Shown: one piece after another, positions 53,178 to 62,355 of the stretch
Layout: the number at the start of each line of letters is the position of its first letter
How positions within the stretch are numbered: position 1 is the first letter of the stretch
Source of the DNA: a virus
Lineage: Duplodnaviria; Caudoviricetes
Length of the DNA: 64,000 bases
Virus record (IMG/VR): IMGVR_UViG_3300044699_000088
Span: 1,414 to 65,413 of that record
Direction: 5' to 3' (one strand)
Translations under genes and position numbers: made by a program
Notes under the pieces: model-generated
Database searches by the model: none
Seen by the model: the letters and a program-made list of their open reading frames with translations, nothing else
Told to the model about the DNA's origin: nothing

Positions 53178-54039
53178 TTGACCTGGACGCGATCAAGGCG
53201 CGCAACGAGGCACGAAAAGCCAGCCCCTACCAGATGGTGGCCCGCAAGGACTTGGGCGCTATGCGGTCAGCGGACGGCGCCGAGGAAGACGTTGATGTGC
53301 TCATCGCTGAAGTGGAGCGGCTCCGCAAATGGCTAGAGGGTGTTCGCGACTTCGCTGAGCGCACCATGCCACACGCTACGGGGCAAGCGCATCTCGCGCT
53401 CATGTCGCTCCGCAGTGCGGCGATAAAAGCGCTCGACGGCGAAGACGAGGGCAACTACCGCTATCGAGCCCGTGGGGACGAAGCTGGGGCGGAGGAAAAA
53501 GGTGTGAGCTGCGACTGCGAATTTGATCCCGACCCGACCGACCCTGATGATGACTGGCACTACCGCCGGACGTGCCAGTTCTGCGGGCGGCATTGGTATG
53601 GGCTCCACTGTCCGCATGATTTGATCCAGAATCCATGCGCACACTGCGGAGAAACGCCAACGGTGCAGCCATGAGCTACCGCGTACGTCTTTCGTGCAGC
53701 GACTGCACTGGCGAAGATCCACTCGGATGTTTTGACGGCGGAACGGAGCTGCTGAACAACGGTCAAGAATTTGCCACTATCGAGGACGCAGAGCGGGCTG
53801 GCGACGACGAGACGCGCGGTTGCGCGCCGTGGGATTACGAGATCGAGGAGATGCCGGCCCGCGTGCTTAGCGGTGAGGGATAGGGTGATAAAAGCGACCA
53901 GAATTTTTCTCGTTGATGGTGATTCAGCGGTCGTGGAGCACGGAGAAAATCGGTGCTGGGCCTCTGAGGAGGTGCAGGAAATCGAGATCGAAGTTCCGAA
54001 GGGGACGCGATGCGATATTTGTGACGAGACAATCCCCTC

Positions 54040-54411
54040 CTAATCCCGTCCCTGTCGCCCCGTCTTCACCCGCACCTGCTCCCTCTCTCGAAGATCCGCC
54101 ATCCCCTGGCGAAGCGCATCAAGCCGCGCGATAATCTCCCGCTGATCCCCCGCCGCAGCTTCCTTCGACTGCTTCTCGACCTCGAGGCGCACAATCGCCC
54201 GCTCAACCTCAACGAACTGTCGTGCGTGCACATCCACCCGCGCGCTCATCCCAAACCACGCACTGAGCGCCACTACGAGAGAGCCCATGAGCGAGATAGA
54301 CCAGCTCACCAGGTCACGAGCGGAAACGCGGAACGGAGTGCCCTGCTCCGCCCGCGTGAAATCATTGGCCGACACGCCTCCGTTGCCACTTCGCCCCGTC
54401 CAATCGCCCAT
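54040..54411 (-). CDS. Single-TM coiled-coil membrane protein
   Basis: LVSWSISLMGSLVVALSAWFGM then helical region; purine-rich RBS. Confidence 0.55.
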   Translation of the reverse strand: MGDWTGRSGNGGVSANDFTRAEQGTPFRVSARDLVSWSISLMGSLVVALSAWFGMSARVDVHARQFVEVERAIVRLEVEKQSKEAAAGDQREIIARLDALRQGMADLREREQVRVKTGRQGRD

Positions 54412-54862
54412 GGCACACACGCCCCCTACTCCTGGAGTGACGAAAGCGGGAAGAACCCCACCCCCTGCGCGGGAAAGATTCTGATTGATCCTCCGGGCGA
54501 GGGAGAGTGTGAGGGAGGGGTTGAGTGTGGCCCCCGCCCGGAGGCGTGTCGGCGAGCTAGGGCGAGCTCGCGAGCGGCGGGAATTATAGCAAAAAGGCCC
54601 CGCCCGCTGGAGAGGGCAGGGCCAGGGGAAGCAGCTCCCGGTCAAACGAGAGCCGCGGGGGAGTGTAGCAAATTGCGCATGGGGAAATGCTGCGCTTTCA
54701 TTTGTTTTCGGCACGCTGTTTGACCGTCGAGAAGGTGATGGCTTATTCTGCGAGCAGGGTGATGAGGGTCAAAGCAGGCGCGACGGCGAAGGGAATCGCT
54801 TGCTTTCTAGGTTGTTACTTTCCTGCCTAGAATTTGTCCGGTGGTGAAAGGAGGAGGTCTGG

Positions 54863-55246
54863 ATGCAAAAGGCTAATCATCTTCATGAGTCCGCGTCAAA
54901 CAAAGACATCGACGCGCACATCGTTGCGGTCTGGAACCTCCGCGTCTGGGTCACCGAGGAGGATGATGGGTTCTTCTTCGCGCAGGGGCTGGAGGTTGAC
55001 TACGCGGCGCAGGGTTCTTCGCTGGAAGAGGTTATGAACACATTCTTCGAGGGATTCACCCGCACGATTGACGCACATCTGCGGGAGTACAAAGACATAT
55101 CGAACTTCCTCAAGCCGGTATCGGCGGCAGTGCTCATGGATTTCAATGCGAGGAAAGGCGAGAAGGAACCAATCCAGTGCATGGCTATTAGTTTGCACTT
55201 GCATTCAGCAAAAATTGAGTTTTATGAGGTTTCGAAGGTCGCCTAG
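54863..55246 (+). CDS. HicB-like antitoxin
   Basis: AGGAGG RBS; EEDDGFFFAQGLEVDYAAQGSSLEEV. Confidence 0.65.
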   Translation: MQKANHLHESASNKDIDAHIVAVWNLRVWVTEEDDGFFFAQGLEVDYAAQGSSLEEVMNTFFEGFTRTIDAHLREYKDISNFLKPVSAAVLMDFNARKGEKEPIQCMAISLHLHSAKIEFYEVSKVA

Positions 55247-55277
55247 TTGGCGACCTTCGAGTTTTGACGCTTTGAGT

Positions 55278-55541
55278 ATGTCAGGCCCTGGTCCGGTCAA
55301 TCGCGATGATGTAATTCGCGTCCTCACGGCTTTCAAGGTTCAGGTGACTCCGTTGAGCAATGATTGGTTTGAGATCAGGCGATGGGGCGCTCTTCTCGAA
55401 GAACTCAAATTTCCGGTAAGCGTCGATCCTCGACACGTAGTGCGCTTGGCAAATAGGTTGAAGATTCCTACGCACCTGTTTTGGCATGTGGACATGCTGG
55501 ACGAGTACGTTAGCCTCAACTTGATCGCCGGCCCAGGCTAA
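55278..55541 (+). CDS. Putative HicA-like partner
   Basis: RDDVIRVLTAFKV, beta strands, then VVRLANRLKIP; directly after the HicB-like gene. Confidence 0.4.
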   Translation: MSGPGPVNRDDVIRVLTAFKVQVTPLSNDWFEIRRWGALLEELKFPVSVDPRHVVRLANRLKIPTHLFWHVDMLDEYVSLNLIAGPG

Positions 55542-55565
55542 CGGCAGCCCTTGGCTCAACCGATT

Positions 55566-55925
55566 CTAGACCCCGATCACCTCAACCGGAATCCCCTTCT
55601 CACGCGCAAACCCGATCGTCATCGCCGTCCCGCCCGACTCGCCATCCCAGAACGCGATGAGCCGGTCGGCCATGCGCACGATCTCCCGGTTCCGGATGGC
55701 CGGAGCACGATAGCGACCATATCTCTTGTAGTTCGGCCGGATGATGTGGCGGTGCCGCTCCTCCATACCCGCCTGCTTGCACCAGAGCTCCGCCAGCGTG
55801 TCCGCACCCTCAGCCCCACCCGAGACTAGCTCCCACGGTCGGGAGATGGCGGAGAGCGCCTTAGCGATGGCTTCGGAGTCGGTCCATGAGCGGGAGCCGA
55901 TGACGGCGATACGTTTAACGCCCAC
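55566..55925 (-). CDS. SLOG-superfamily protein (DUF2493/YspA-like)
   Basis: IAVIGSR, LVSGGAEGADTLAE, IRNREIV, LIAFWDGESGGT. Confidence 0.9.
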   Translation of the reverse strand: MGVKRIAVIGSRSWTDSEAIAKALSAISRPWELVSGGAEGADTLAELWCKQAGMEERHRHIIRPNYKRYGRYRAPAIRNREIVRMADRLIAFWDGESGGTAMTIGFAREKGIPVEVIGV

Positions 55926-56058
55926 GCTTCACTCGAATCTTTCTGCCGTTAGGACGTGGCCGGTTGTGGGCTCTCACGGCACGTTTCCCGTGCCGCATGA
56001 CAGCCTTGGCGCGGCGTCGATGCTGCCGGGTGATCCGACGTTTCTTGCTTGCGCTCAT
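55915..56058 (-). CDS. 47-aa Arg/Lys-rich peptide (not in ORF track)
   Basis: MSASKKRRITRQHRRRAKAVMRHGKRAVRAHNRPRPNGRKIRVKRGR; stop overlaps SLOG start. Confidence 0.4.
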   Translation of the reverse strand: MSASKKRRITRQHRRRAKAVMRHGKRAVRAHNRPRPNGRKIRVKRGR

Positions 56059-56402
56059 GGGCATTGTCGCCCGGTTCGCGGCGTCACCGCCGGGCTCGAT
56101 GATAGCTAAGGGTCGTGCTAGCGAGCCGTGATCGCGAAGTTCTCAGATTCCTCGCGGCCGTGCTCTCCGAGTTCTCCCCCGCCGCTATGCGCTGCGATGC
56201 CGCCCTAGCCAAGCCGCCTCACGGCGGTTACCTTCCGGACTGCGCCGAGGAGCCACCTCGATGATCTCGGCTAGAAGTGCTGGTGTTCTTACGGTGCCTT
56301 CGATGCTGTTTGTCGTCGCAGCCCCACGGTTCACTTTCACGACCTTATCCGCTGGTCCTTTGGGTGACAGTTAATGCCACGTCACTGCTGGGAAGTGTAG
56401 CA

Positions 56403-56648
56403 GACAGAAAGGGGCCCAAATTCGCTCCACTTGTCACACCCCAAAACTGCAGAACCGGAGTAGGGGAAGGGGGCTGCACGCAACCGCGAGTCATGGTGAG
56501 CTACGCACATTTTCAGAAACCACGAAAGTTTTCCGGTTCACATTCCGAGAGGGGCCCGGAACAATCCGCCAAAACCTGCTTGATTGTTTCACTTTCCTCG
56601 CCTGACAGAAACCCGCCCGAAATCGCCCTACTTGTCACACCCCAAAAC
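56403..56648. repeat. 45-bp imperfect direct repeat, two copies 201 bp apart
   Basis: 56403-56447 vs 56604-56648, 38/45 identical, shared ACTTGTCACACCCCAAAAC. Confidence 0.85.
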
Positions 56649-56675
56649 GGCCAGTGCCGTGGTAAGGAGGCTGGC

Positions 56676-57823
56676 CTAGTTCACTTCGATTGCCTTCGCC
56701 GCGCGCTCGATGGCTTGTCCGTCGAGCCGCAGATAGTGCTTGCGCAGAATCTTCGCCCCCTCGGCCGGCCGGTCTGCCACTGGATGACTAAACACGTGAC
56801 CGGTCATCTGCGCGATTTCCGCTTCCGAGAGCCCCGCTTGCAAGAGCCGCGTGGCGATCGTCGCGCGACAGTCGCGCCACTGGAAGTCCTTGATGTGCGC
56901 CGCACGCTTGGCTGCGGCGAAATCGTCGAGGATCTGCCACAGGCTCATGTCAGCCAGAATGAGCCCTCCATGCGCAGCGCGCGGTTCGAGAATCGTCCGG
57001 ACCGTTGGCGACATAGCGATAATGCGCCCCTTCTTCGCCTTGGTGATCTCCCATGGCAAGCGGAGGACGCCTGCTTCAAAATCGCAATATTCCGCATCGA
57101 GCTTCAGGAGCTCACCCTGGCGCATACCCGTGTGCAGGGCAAGGATGAATGCTTCACGAGTGCGCGCCGCGTAAACCTTTAGCATGGCTGCCTGCTCCTT
57201 GGCTGAGAGCACGCGAGTTCGCGGGGTTTCCGCCTTGAGCTGCACGATCGAATTTCCTCGCCTGGCTCGAGTCGGGCTCTTCGCGATGAGGTTCATTTCT
57301 ACGGCACGCGAAAAGATGCATACGAGCACAGCCATCTCACGATTCACTGTCGCGATAGACCGCGGCCCCGACCCTTCGGTGATCTTAGAGCCGCCGTGTC
57401 GTTTCGGAGCGACTAATCGGGCATCGCGCAGCGCTAGGAGCTCGGGGAACGTGATGCTCGTCAGCAGGCGCGGACCAAGCGCCGGGATGAGCACATTATT
57501 AATGATGTTCCGCGTGAGCTGCGGGCGAGCGAGGCCGCGAAGTTTGACCCCGTTTTGATAGACCGGCTCGACGCAGCAATGGGTCGCGTAGTCGCGGGCC
57601 ATCTCCGCAAACGTGGTGATTGTTGGTCCGGTCGCGGCGCTTGCCTTTTCGCGGTTCGCTTCATCGACGAGGTCACGAAGAAGGTCGCTGGCCGCTGCCT
57701 TGGTGTCGCTCTCCTTCGGTTGGCGCCGCAGTTCGTGCTTCTTGCCGTTTGCGTCGGTGTACGAGACTCGAGCTACCCACTTGCCCGATATTTCTTGACG
57801 TAGCCGATTGGTTTGTTAGCCAT
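56676..57823 (-). CDS. int: Tyrosine integrase (frameshift ~57600-57640)
   Basis: ATVNRE, LALHTGMRQGEL, TKAKKGR, WRDCRATIAT, QMTGH, KHY; N-terminal arm-binding region from ATG 57823. Confidence 0.92.
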
Positions 57824-57827
57824 GTTT

Positions 57828-58069
57828 TTGTACCGCTATTGTACCGCTATGAGCTGCCATCCTCTACTTGTTGCGTCTCGTTTTGTCTCACATTTGCTAT
57901 GTTTTCTTGAAATTGCTCTCTCAGATACAGCAGACTCAAAATCTGCCGGGGTTAACCCCCATGTCGGTTCGAGTCCGACCTCGGGCACCAACAAAACAAA
58001 GGACTTAGCGGGATTTGTTGGGCAAAAAAAGACAAAAAGTTATTTACGGTTGTACCGCTTATTGTACCG
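57828..58069. repeat. Integrase arm-type sites (TTGTACCG x4) flanking attP core
   Basis: Copies at 57828, 57839, 58050, 58062 in two tandem pairs. Confidence 0.75.
57923..57990 (+). tRNA. 3' fragment of tRNA-Leu(CAA), the attP core (not a full tRNA)
   Basis: GCAGA-CTCAAAA-TCTGC anticodon arm, long variable arm, GTCGGTTCGAGTCCGAC T-arm, CTCGGGCACCA end; 5' acceptor strand absent. Confidence 0.9.
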
Positions 58070-58093
58070 GGTTGCGCCGAATCGTGAGGGTGG

Positions 58094-58504
58094 ATGAGGA
58101 GCAACAAGAAGAAAAGCGCGGCGGAGCTTCTTGCCGAAAATCGCGTCCTGCGCCAGGCGCGCGTCACCGATGGATTGGCAACGATTCTAATCACTGCGAT
58201 CAAATGGGGATGCGCCTTGGGCGTCGTTCGCTACATTAGCGTCATGGTAGTGGCGCTAGCCGGCGAGACGACAACGGCTAATATCGCAATGAAAATCCTT
58301 GGTAACTTCTCCATTTCTCAGGCACTTGCCTGGTCTCTTAGTGCAGGGTCGGCCGGTTATGGACTCGCACAGAATAAGCTGCGAAAGGACACCGTTGAGC
58401 GGTTACAGAGTCGGATTCGTGAGCTTGAGGAGAGTTGCGATCCGCGGCGCTCCTCCAGTCGCTTGACCCCACGTGGAGACACGAGACCAGAGGACAAAAC
58501 ATGA
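58094..58504 (+). CDS. Membrane protein (moron)
   Basis: Two hydrophobic segments; C-terminal DPRRSSSRLTPRGDTRPED. Confidence 0.65.
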   Translation: MRSNKKKSAAELLAENRVLRQARVTDGLATILITAIKWGCALGVVRYISVMVVALAGETTTANIAMKILGNFSISQALAWSLSAGSAGYGLAQNKLRKDTVERLQSRIRELEESCDPRRSSSRLTPRGDTRPEDKT

Positions 58505-59052
58505 GCGAAGCACAAGCGGTAACCGGGCTCGCAAGCGCCGTGTCGTTACTCGGTATTGTCATGCTCCTGATGTGGCTATACAGGGACTATCGTGTCGATG
58601 CCTTCCGGCAACAAATGTTCGCCATGAGGGACGAGCTATTCGATTTGGCAAACGCCGGATTGATTAGCTTCGATGATTCGGCATACGGCATGCTGCGAAG
58701 AACGATGAACGGGTATATCCGCTTCGGTCATCGGCTGTCATTGCTGCACGTGCTGATATTCGCGGTCATCACAAGGTCGTCATCTCGTGAAAGATCATTC
58801 GATTCGCGATGGGTGGCGACCCTAGCGACACTTCCTCCGGAAGCACGGGAGCGGCTCCAAGAGTTTCGCCATGGCATGGATCGGCTCGTCGTCAAGCACG
58901 CTATCTTGAACTCGCCCTTGCTCGTGGCGATGGTCGTGCCCGCGCTGTTAGGCGCATTTCTCGCCGAGATGTGCGCCAGGTGGCTGTCTCGTCAGCTACG
59001 CACCGAATTAGACAAGATCGACACTGCGGCCCTCGCGTATGGCGAAGCATAG
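58501..59052 (+). CDS. Membrane protein (moron)
   Basis: ATGA overlap; N-terminal TM, YRVDAFRQQMFAMRDELFD, further TMs. Confidence 0.7.
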   Translation: MSEAQAVTGLASAVSLLGIVMLLMWLYRDYRVDAFRQQMFAMRDELFDLANAGLISFDDSAYGMLRRTMNGYIRFGHRLSLLHVLIFAVITRSSSRERSFDSRWVATLATLPPEARERLQEFRHGMDRLVVKHAILNSPLLVAMVVPALLGAFLAEMCARWLSRQLRTELDKIDTAALAYGEA

Positions 59053-59126
59053 CGACAGGTTCCGGCCATCCACATCGGCGACCCCGCCTGAATTGCCCCA
59101 GAGAGAGTAGGGGGGGGGCACGCTGC

Positions 59127-59266
59127 CCCTCCGGGCGGGAACTAGGGTTTGGGGATGATGACATCGGAGCCGGTGGACTTCGGGTGAAGCGTCTTATTGC
59201 ATTCACAAATCCTCCTGAGGGAAAGAAGGAGGGGGCGAAGACGCGACCCCCTCCGGGCGGGAACTA
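59127..59266. repeat. Direct repeat CCCTCCGGGCGGGAACTA plus hairpin after each peptide gene
   Basis: Copies at 59127-59144 and 59249-59266; each feeds a G/C stem followed by a pyrimidine tract on the minus strand. Confidence 0.85.
59142..59206 (-). CDS. Putative signal-less peptide MNAIRRFT(P)KSTGSDVIIPKP (needs one added C at ~59182)
   Basis: AGGAGG RBS + GTG; C-terminal VIIPKP-TAG followed by the same repeat as the upstream peptide gene. Confidence 0.5.
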
Positions 59267-59431
59267 AGGACGGGGAATGACCACTCCCTCGAGAGCCTGC
59301 ACCACTCTCAGTATTGTTCGCACGATAAGTGATTCTGATGTGCGCGTCGGGCGGGTTCGTGTTGAGGCCGAGACTGATGGTGCTAATACTACTGTTAGCA
59401 AAAATAGGGACACTAAGATGACGCGTTTCAT
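59264..59431 (-). CDS. 55-aa secreted propeptide (not in ORF track)
   Basis: AGGAGG RBS; MKRVILVSLFLLTVVLAPSVSA signal peptide, then STRTRPTRTSESLIVRTILRVVQALEGVVIPRP. Confidence 0.85.
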   Translation of the reverse strand: MKRVILVSLFLLTVVLAPSVSASTRTRPTRTSESLIVRTILRVVQALEGVVIPRP

Positions 59432-59519
59432 GTTTTCTCCTCCTGTAACTCAGCGGATTGCTGAGAACTTGGGAAGAGCGCCCTTCTTGTAGTTAGGAGT
59501 GTTTGAATTGAGCATTTCC

Positions 59520-60841
59520 CTACCCGTGTTTTCGTAACGGGACAAACATCGCCGCTGGATACAGGGCAGAAATAGAAATGAAATCTTTGACGTGGCGAAC
59601 CATTTCGGAATCAAGCACTCCATCTCTAGCATCTCGTCGCAGATGAGCCAGCGCTATTGCGCACTCGTTTGATAGCTGAGCTGCCTGCGCGCGAGTAACA
59701 ACACATCTGGCTCGATCAATCGCTTCTTCATTCGAGACGCCGAAGTGATCCAGTAAAACTTCGATGATGTCAAGACAAACCTGGATCTCGTCTCGAGCCA
59801 TCAGCAGATCCTTAAATTCGTCCTCAACTTCTCGTAGTGTTTCGAGTCCTTCGTCCACACTGCCTTTCGCAACCTGCATCAAGCCGATGCTCCAAGTAAC
59901 TTTGATGATTTCCGTTGTCATGTTGCATCGCGTGAAGAGCAATTTCGCCCTAGCCCAAAACTCCAGCGCCTCGTCGTATGCTTGTTCCTTCATCAAACAT
60001 TGCCCGGCGTTGTAGTAGCACGCCGCTTCCATCTCTCGATCACCAGATTCCTTCATTTCGCTCGTCAATTCGACAAACTGCTGGCGCGCGGCAAGAATCG
60101 ACCGGCTCGATAGTCGATCAAAGCGAGAACCATGCGTGCATCGATGACGTGCTTGGTGTCTCCCCATGTGCGAAAAACTTCGATAGCGTCTTCTATTAAT
60201 TGGATGGCTTCAGCGGATCGGCCCATGACCTGGAGCACATTCGCACGGGCATAACCAAGAATGGCGTTTTGCAAGTCGGCATCTGGCCATGGCCCGATAG
60301 CACTCTCGGCGTTATACAGAGCGCCAAGGGCTTCCGCGTGTTCGCCGAGTCCGACATAGGCTGATGAGAGCTTGCGGTATGCGAGCGCTTCCAGTCGGTC
60401 GCGCTCCTCGGTATCCTTCAGTGCGCGTGTGATATCAATGGCCAATTCTGCCAACTCTCTAGCGCGCGATGGTTGAGAGTAGAAGGCTTGCTCGGCTCGG
60501 TTTAAGATCGCGCCACCGACGGCTGCTGTCTGAAATCGCTGGTCAAGAGAGACAATGTAGTGCCATCGCGCGGGGGCTGATCGCAGGAGCTCGTCGACCA
60601 ACTCGTCTACGCCCACCTGTTCTCGCTCCATTCGATCGGCGAGCACGCGAATTATTCGGATCGTCTCGTCTGGCGTTGTTGGTCCATTGGGCAATTGCCG
60701 TTTACGCTTTCGGTCACCGAGTTTAACCACACGTAGGGCACAGCTCGGGCAGGCTAGGAGATGATCCTCTGCGCGCTTCTCCTCCGTCTGGCTCAATTCT
60801 CGGAGAGCGTAGCGGGCGATCAAATCCCAATTGCATTTCAT
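59520..60841 (-). CDS. ~440-aa zf-HC2 + tetratricopeptide-repeat protein (one-base frameshift ~60095)
   Basis: N-terminal HLLACPSC; repeated TPR helices (ALAYRKLSSAYVGLGEHAEAL, YARANVLQVMGRSAEAIQL, CYYNAGQCLMKEQAYDEAL); ORFs 60065-60841 and 59520-60167 join at GRF/LAARQQF. Confidence 0.85.
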
Positions 60842-60862
60842 GGAGGAAGCGACCTTCCCGGC

Positions 60863-61753
60863 TTACTTGCGACTCGGGTTCTGGGGGTTATCGGTGAGGG
60901 CCAGCATCGGAGTCCGGTTGAATGCGATGAGGAGGGTGTCAATCGTGTTTTGGAGGGTATCGATGCTGTTTTGTGGAAACTGCGCCCTGCCGGCGAGTCC
61001 TTTGATAATTCTTTCAATGTCCGTAGGCTTGAATCCAACCTCGGTGCCTACGGCGCTTGTGTCCTTGCCGCTGCGCTCCGTCCACAACGGTGGTTTTCGC
61101 GTATCAGTACCGAGTCGATGAAGCATATTGACGAGCATCCGGGCGTTAACCGCGAGTGCCGCGATGATCTCTTCGCGCATCGCTCCGCTGACCCCGGAGA
61201 GAACCGCCAAAACATCCCTGAACTCGTCCGAGACAGGGTTTGCTCCGCTGTTTGGCAAGAGGTCGCCGATCGGTTCGTTTACGTGGTCGGCCAATCTTTG
61301 CAGCTCGTCCAGCGAGGGGTCTACTACATCACTTAGAACCAAATGCAGCATGTCGGGCTGTTCGTAGCCCATCACTTGTGCGGCTTCGGCCATAGACAAC
61401 CCGTGACGCCGCAGCGCCCTAGCTATGTTACCGCCGTGCCGACGCTTAGATAGATTCGAAGGTGGCCTGCTCATGGATGGGCTCGGCACCTCATGCGTTG
61501 TCGTTGACAGCAAGATCTCCAGAGGAACGTTTAGCGCTTGGGCAAGCGCAGAAGTGGTTTTAAGGTCGGGCGAGCTTACACCCCGCTCGATGTTGCTAAG
61601 CGTCTGATAGTGAATGCCGGCATTCCGGGAAAGCGTACGCTGCGACAAGCCGGCGGCTAGCCTCAGGCGGCGCACGTTATCGCCAACTGTGGAAGCATCC
61701 TGCACCTCGGCCTGGCCATCGACGCCATCTTGAACACGGTCTCCCATACTCAT
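60863..61753 (-). CDS. CI-like repressor with two XRE HTH domains
   Basis: VRRLRLAAGLSQRTLSRNAGIHYQTLSNIERGVSSPDL and NIARALRRHGLSMAEAAQVMG..PSLDELQRLA; divergent from cro/xis. Confidence 0.8.
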   Translation of the reverse strand: MSMGDRVQDGVDGQAEVQDASTVGDNVRRLRLAAGLSQRTLSRNAGIHYQTLSNIERGVSSPDLKTTSALAQALNVPLEILLSTTTHEVPSPSMSRPPSNLSKRRHGGNIARALRRHGLSMAEAAQVMGYEQPDMLHLVLSDVVDPSLDELQRLADHVNEPIGDLLPNSGANPVSDEFRDVLAVLSGVSGAMREEIIAALAVNARMLVNMLHRLGTDTRKPPLWTERSGKDTSAVGTEVGFKPTDIERIIKGLAGRAQFPQNSIDTLQNTIDTLLIAFNRTPMLALTDNPQNPSRK

Positions 61754-61974
61754 AACGCTAACATTTTTGTATCGCACTATGCTAGCTGCGCGTCCGCGGA
61801 AAGCCGGGCCAACCCGCCAAGTGAGCGGGACCAAACCGTGTTTCTTGCTTGGTTGTGTAGGCATAACGATCTTATTTTCAATGAAATAGGGACCTACAAG
61901 CCGCGGCGTGGCCGCCGTTAGAAGCTTAGAATATCACTTATCTCGGCTTGCGTACAAGCCTGCTAGAATCTTTA

Positions 61975-62003
61975 TTGACTTATGACCGAGTGGACTATAC
62001 ATT
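61975..62003 (+). promoter_or_regulatory. Rightward early promoter
   Basis: TTGACT-17bp-TACATT just before GTG at 62010. Confidence 0.6.
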
Positions 62004-62009
62004 GAAGGC

Positions 62010-62278
62010 GTGAAAGCGAACAAAGTCGTTTCTCCCCTCAAGGTCTGCCGGGAATACCTTGCCGAACGGAACATCTCAAAGACAAGCCAGCGCAAAAGTT
62101 CCCGCGGATGCTCTTTTATTCGTTTCGTAACCCGAGGCGCTACGACCGCCACCGGCTAAGTCAGAAGAATCTGAAGCGGTTGGCTGAAATGCTCCGCCTC
62201 GACGTCCGCCTCGTCGAGCTCGACTACGTATCCCGCGGCGGGATCATCGCTCGCCCGCGTCGGAGATCGCCCAAATGA
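62010..62278 (+). CDS. Cro-like protein (frameshifted)
   Basis: REYLAERNIS.. / NLKRLAEMLRLDV; divergent from repressor. Confidence 0.4.
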
Positions 62279-62355
62279 AATCCCGTTCCTCAACCACTCC
62301 GCGCATCTGGGGCTGTCCGCCGATTCCTTTGGTTTGACGATCCCATGGAGGAGCC

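Noticed and set aside
56277-57558. Long plus-strand ORFs (301, 107, 124 aa)
   Set aside because: Antisense shadows of the integrase in GC-rich DNA; the same applies to most overlapping ORFs in the track.
57923-57990. Functional phage tRNA-Leu gene
   Set aside because: The 5' acceptor strand and most of the D-arm are missing; it fits an attP core.
59127-59266. CRISPR mini-array
   Set aside because: Only two ~18-bp copies 122 bp apart, each at the stop codon of a peptide ORF; no cas genes.
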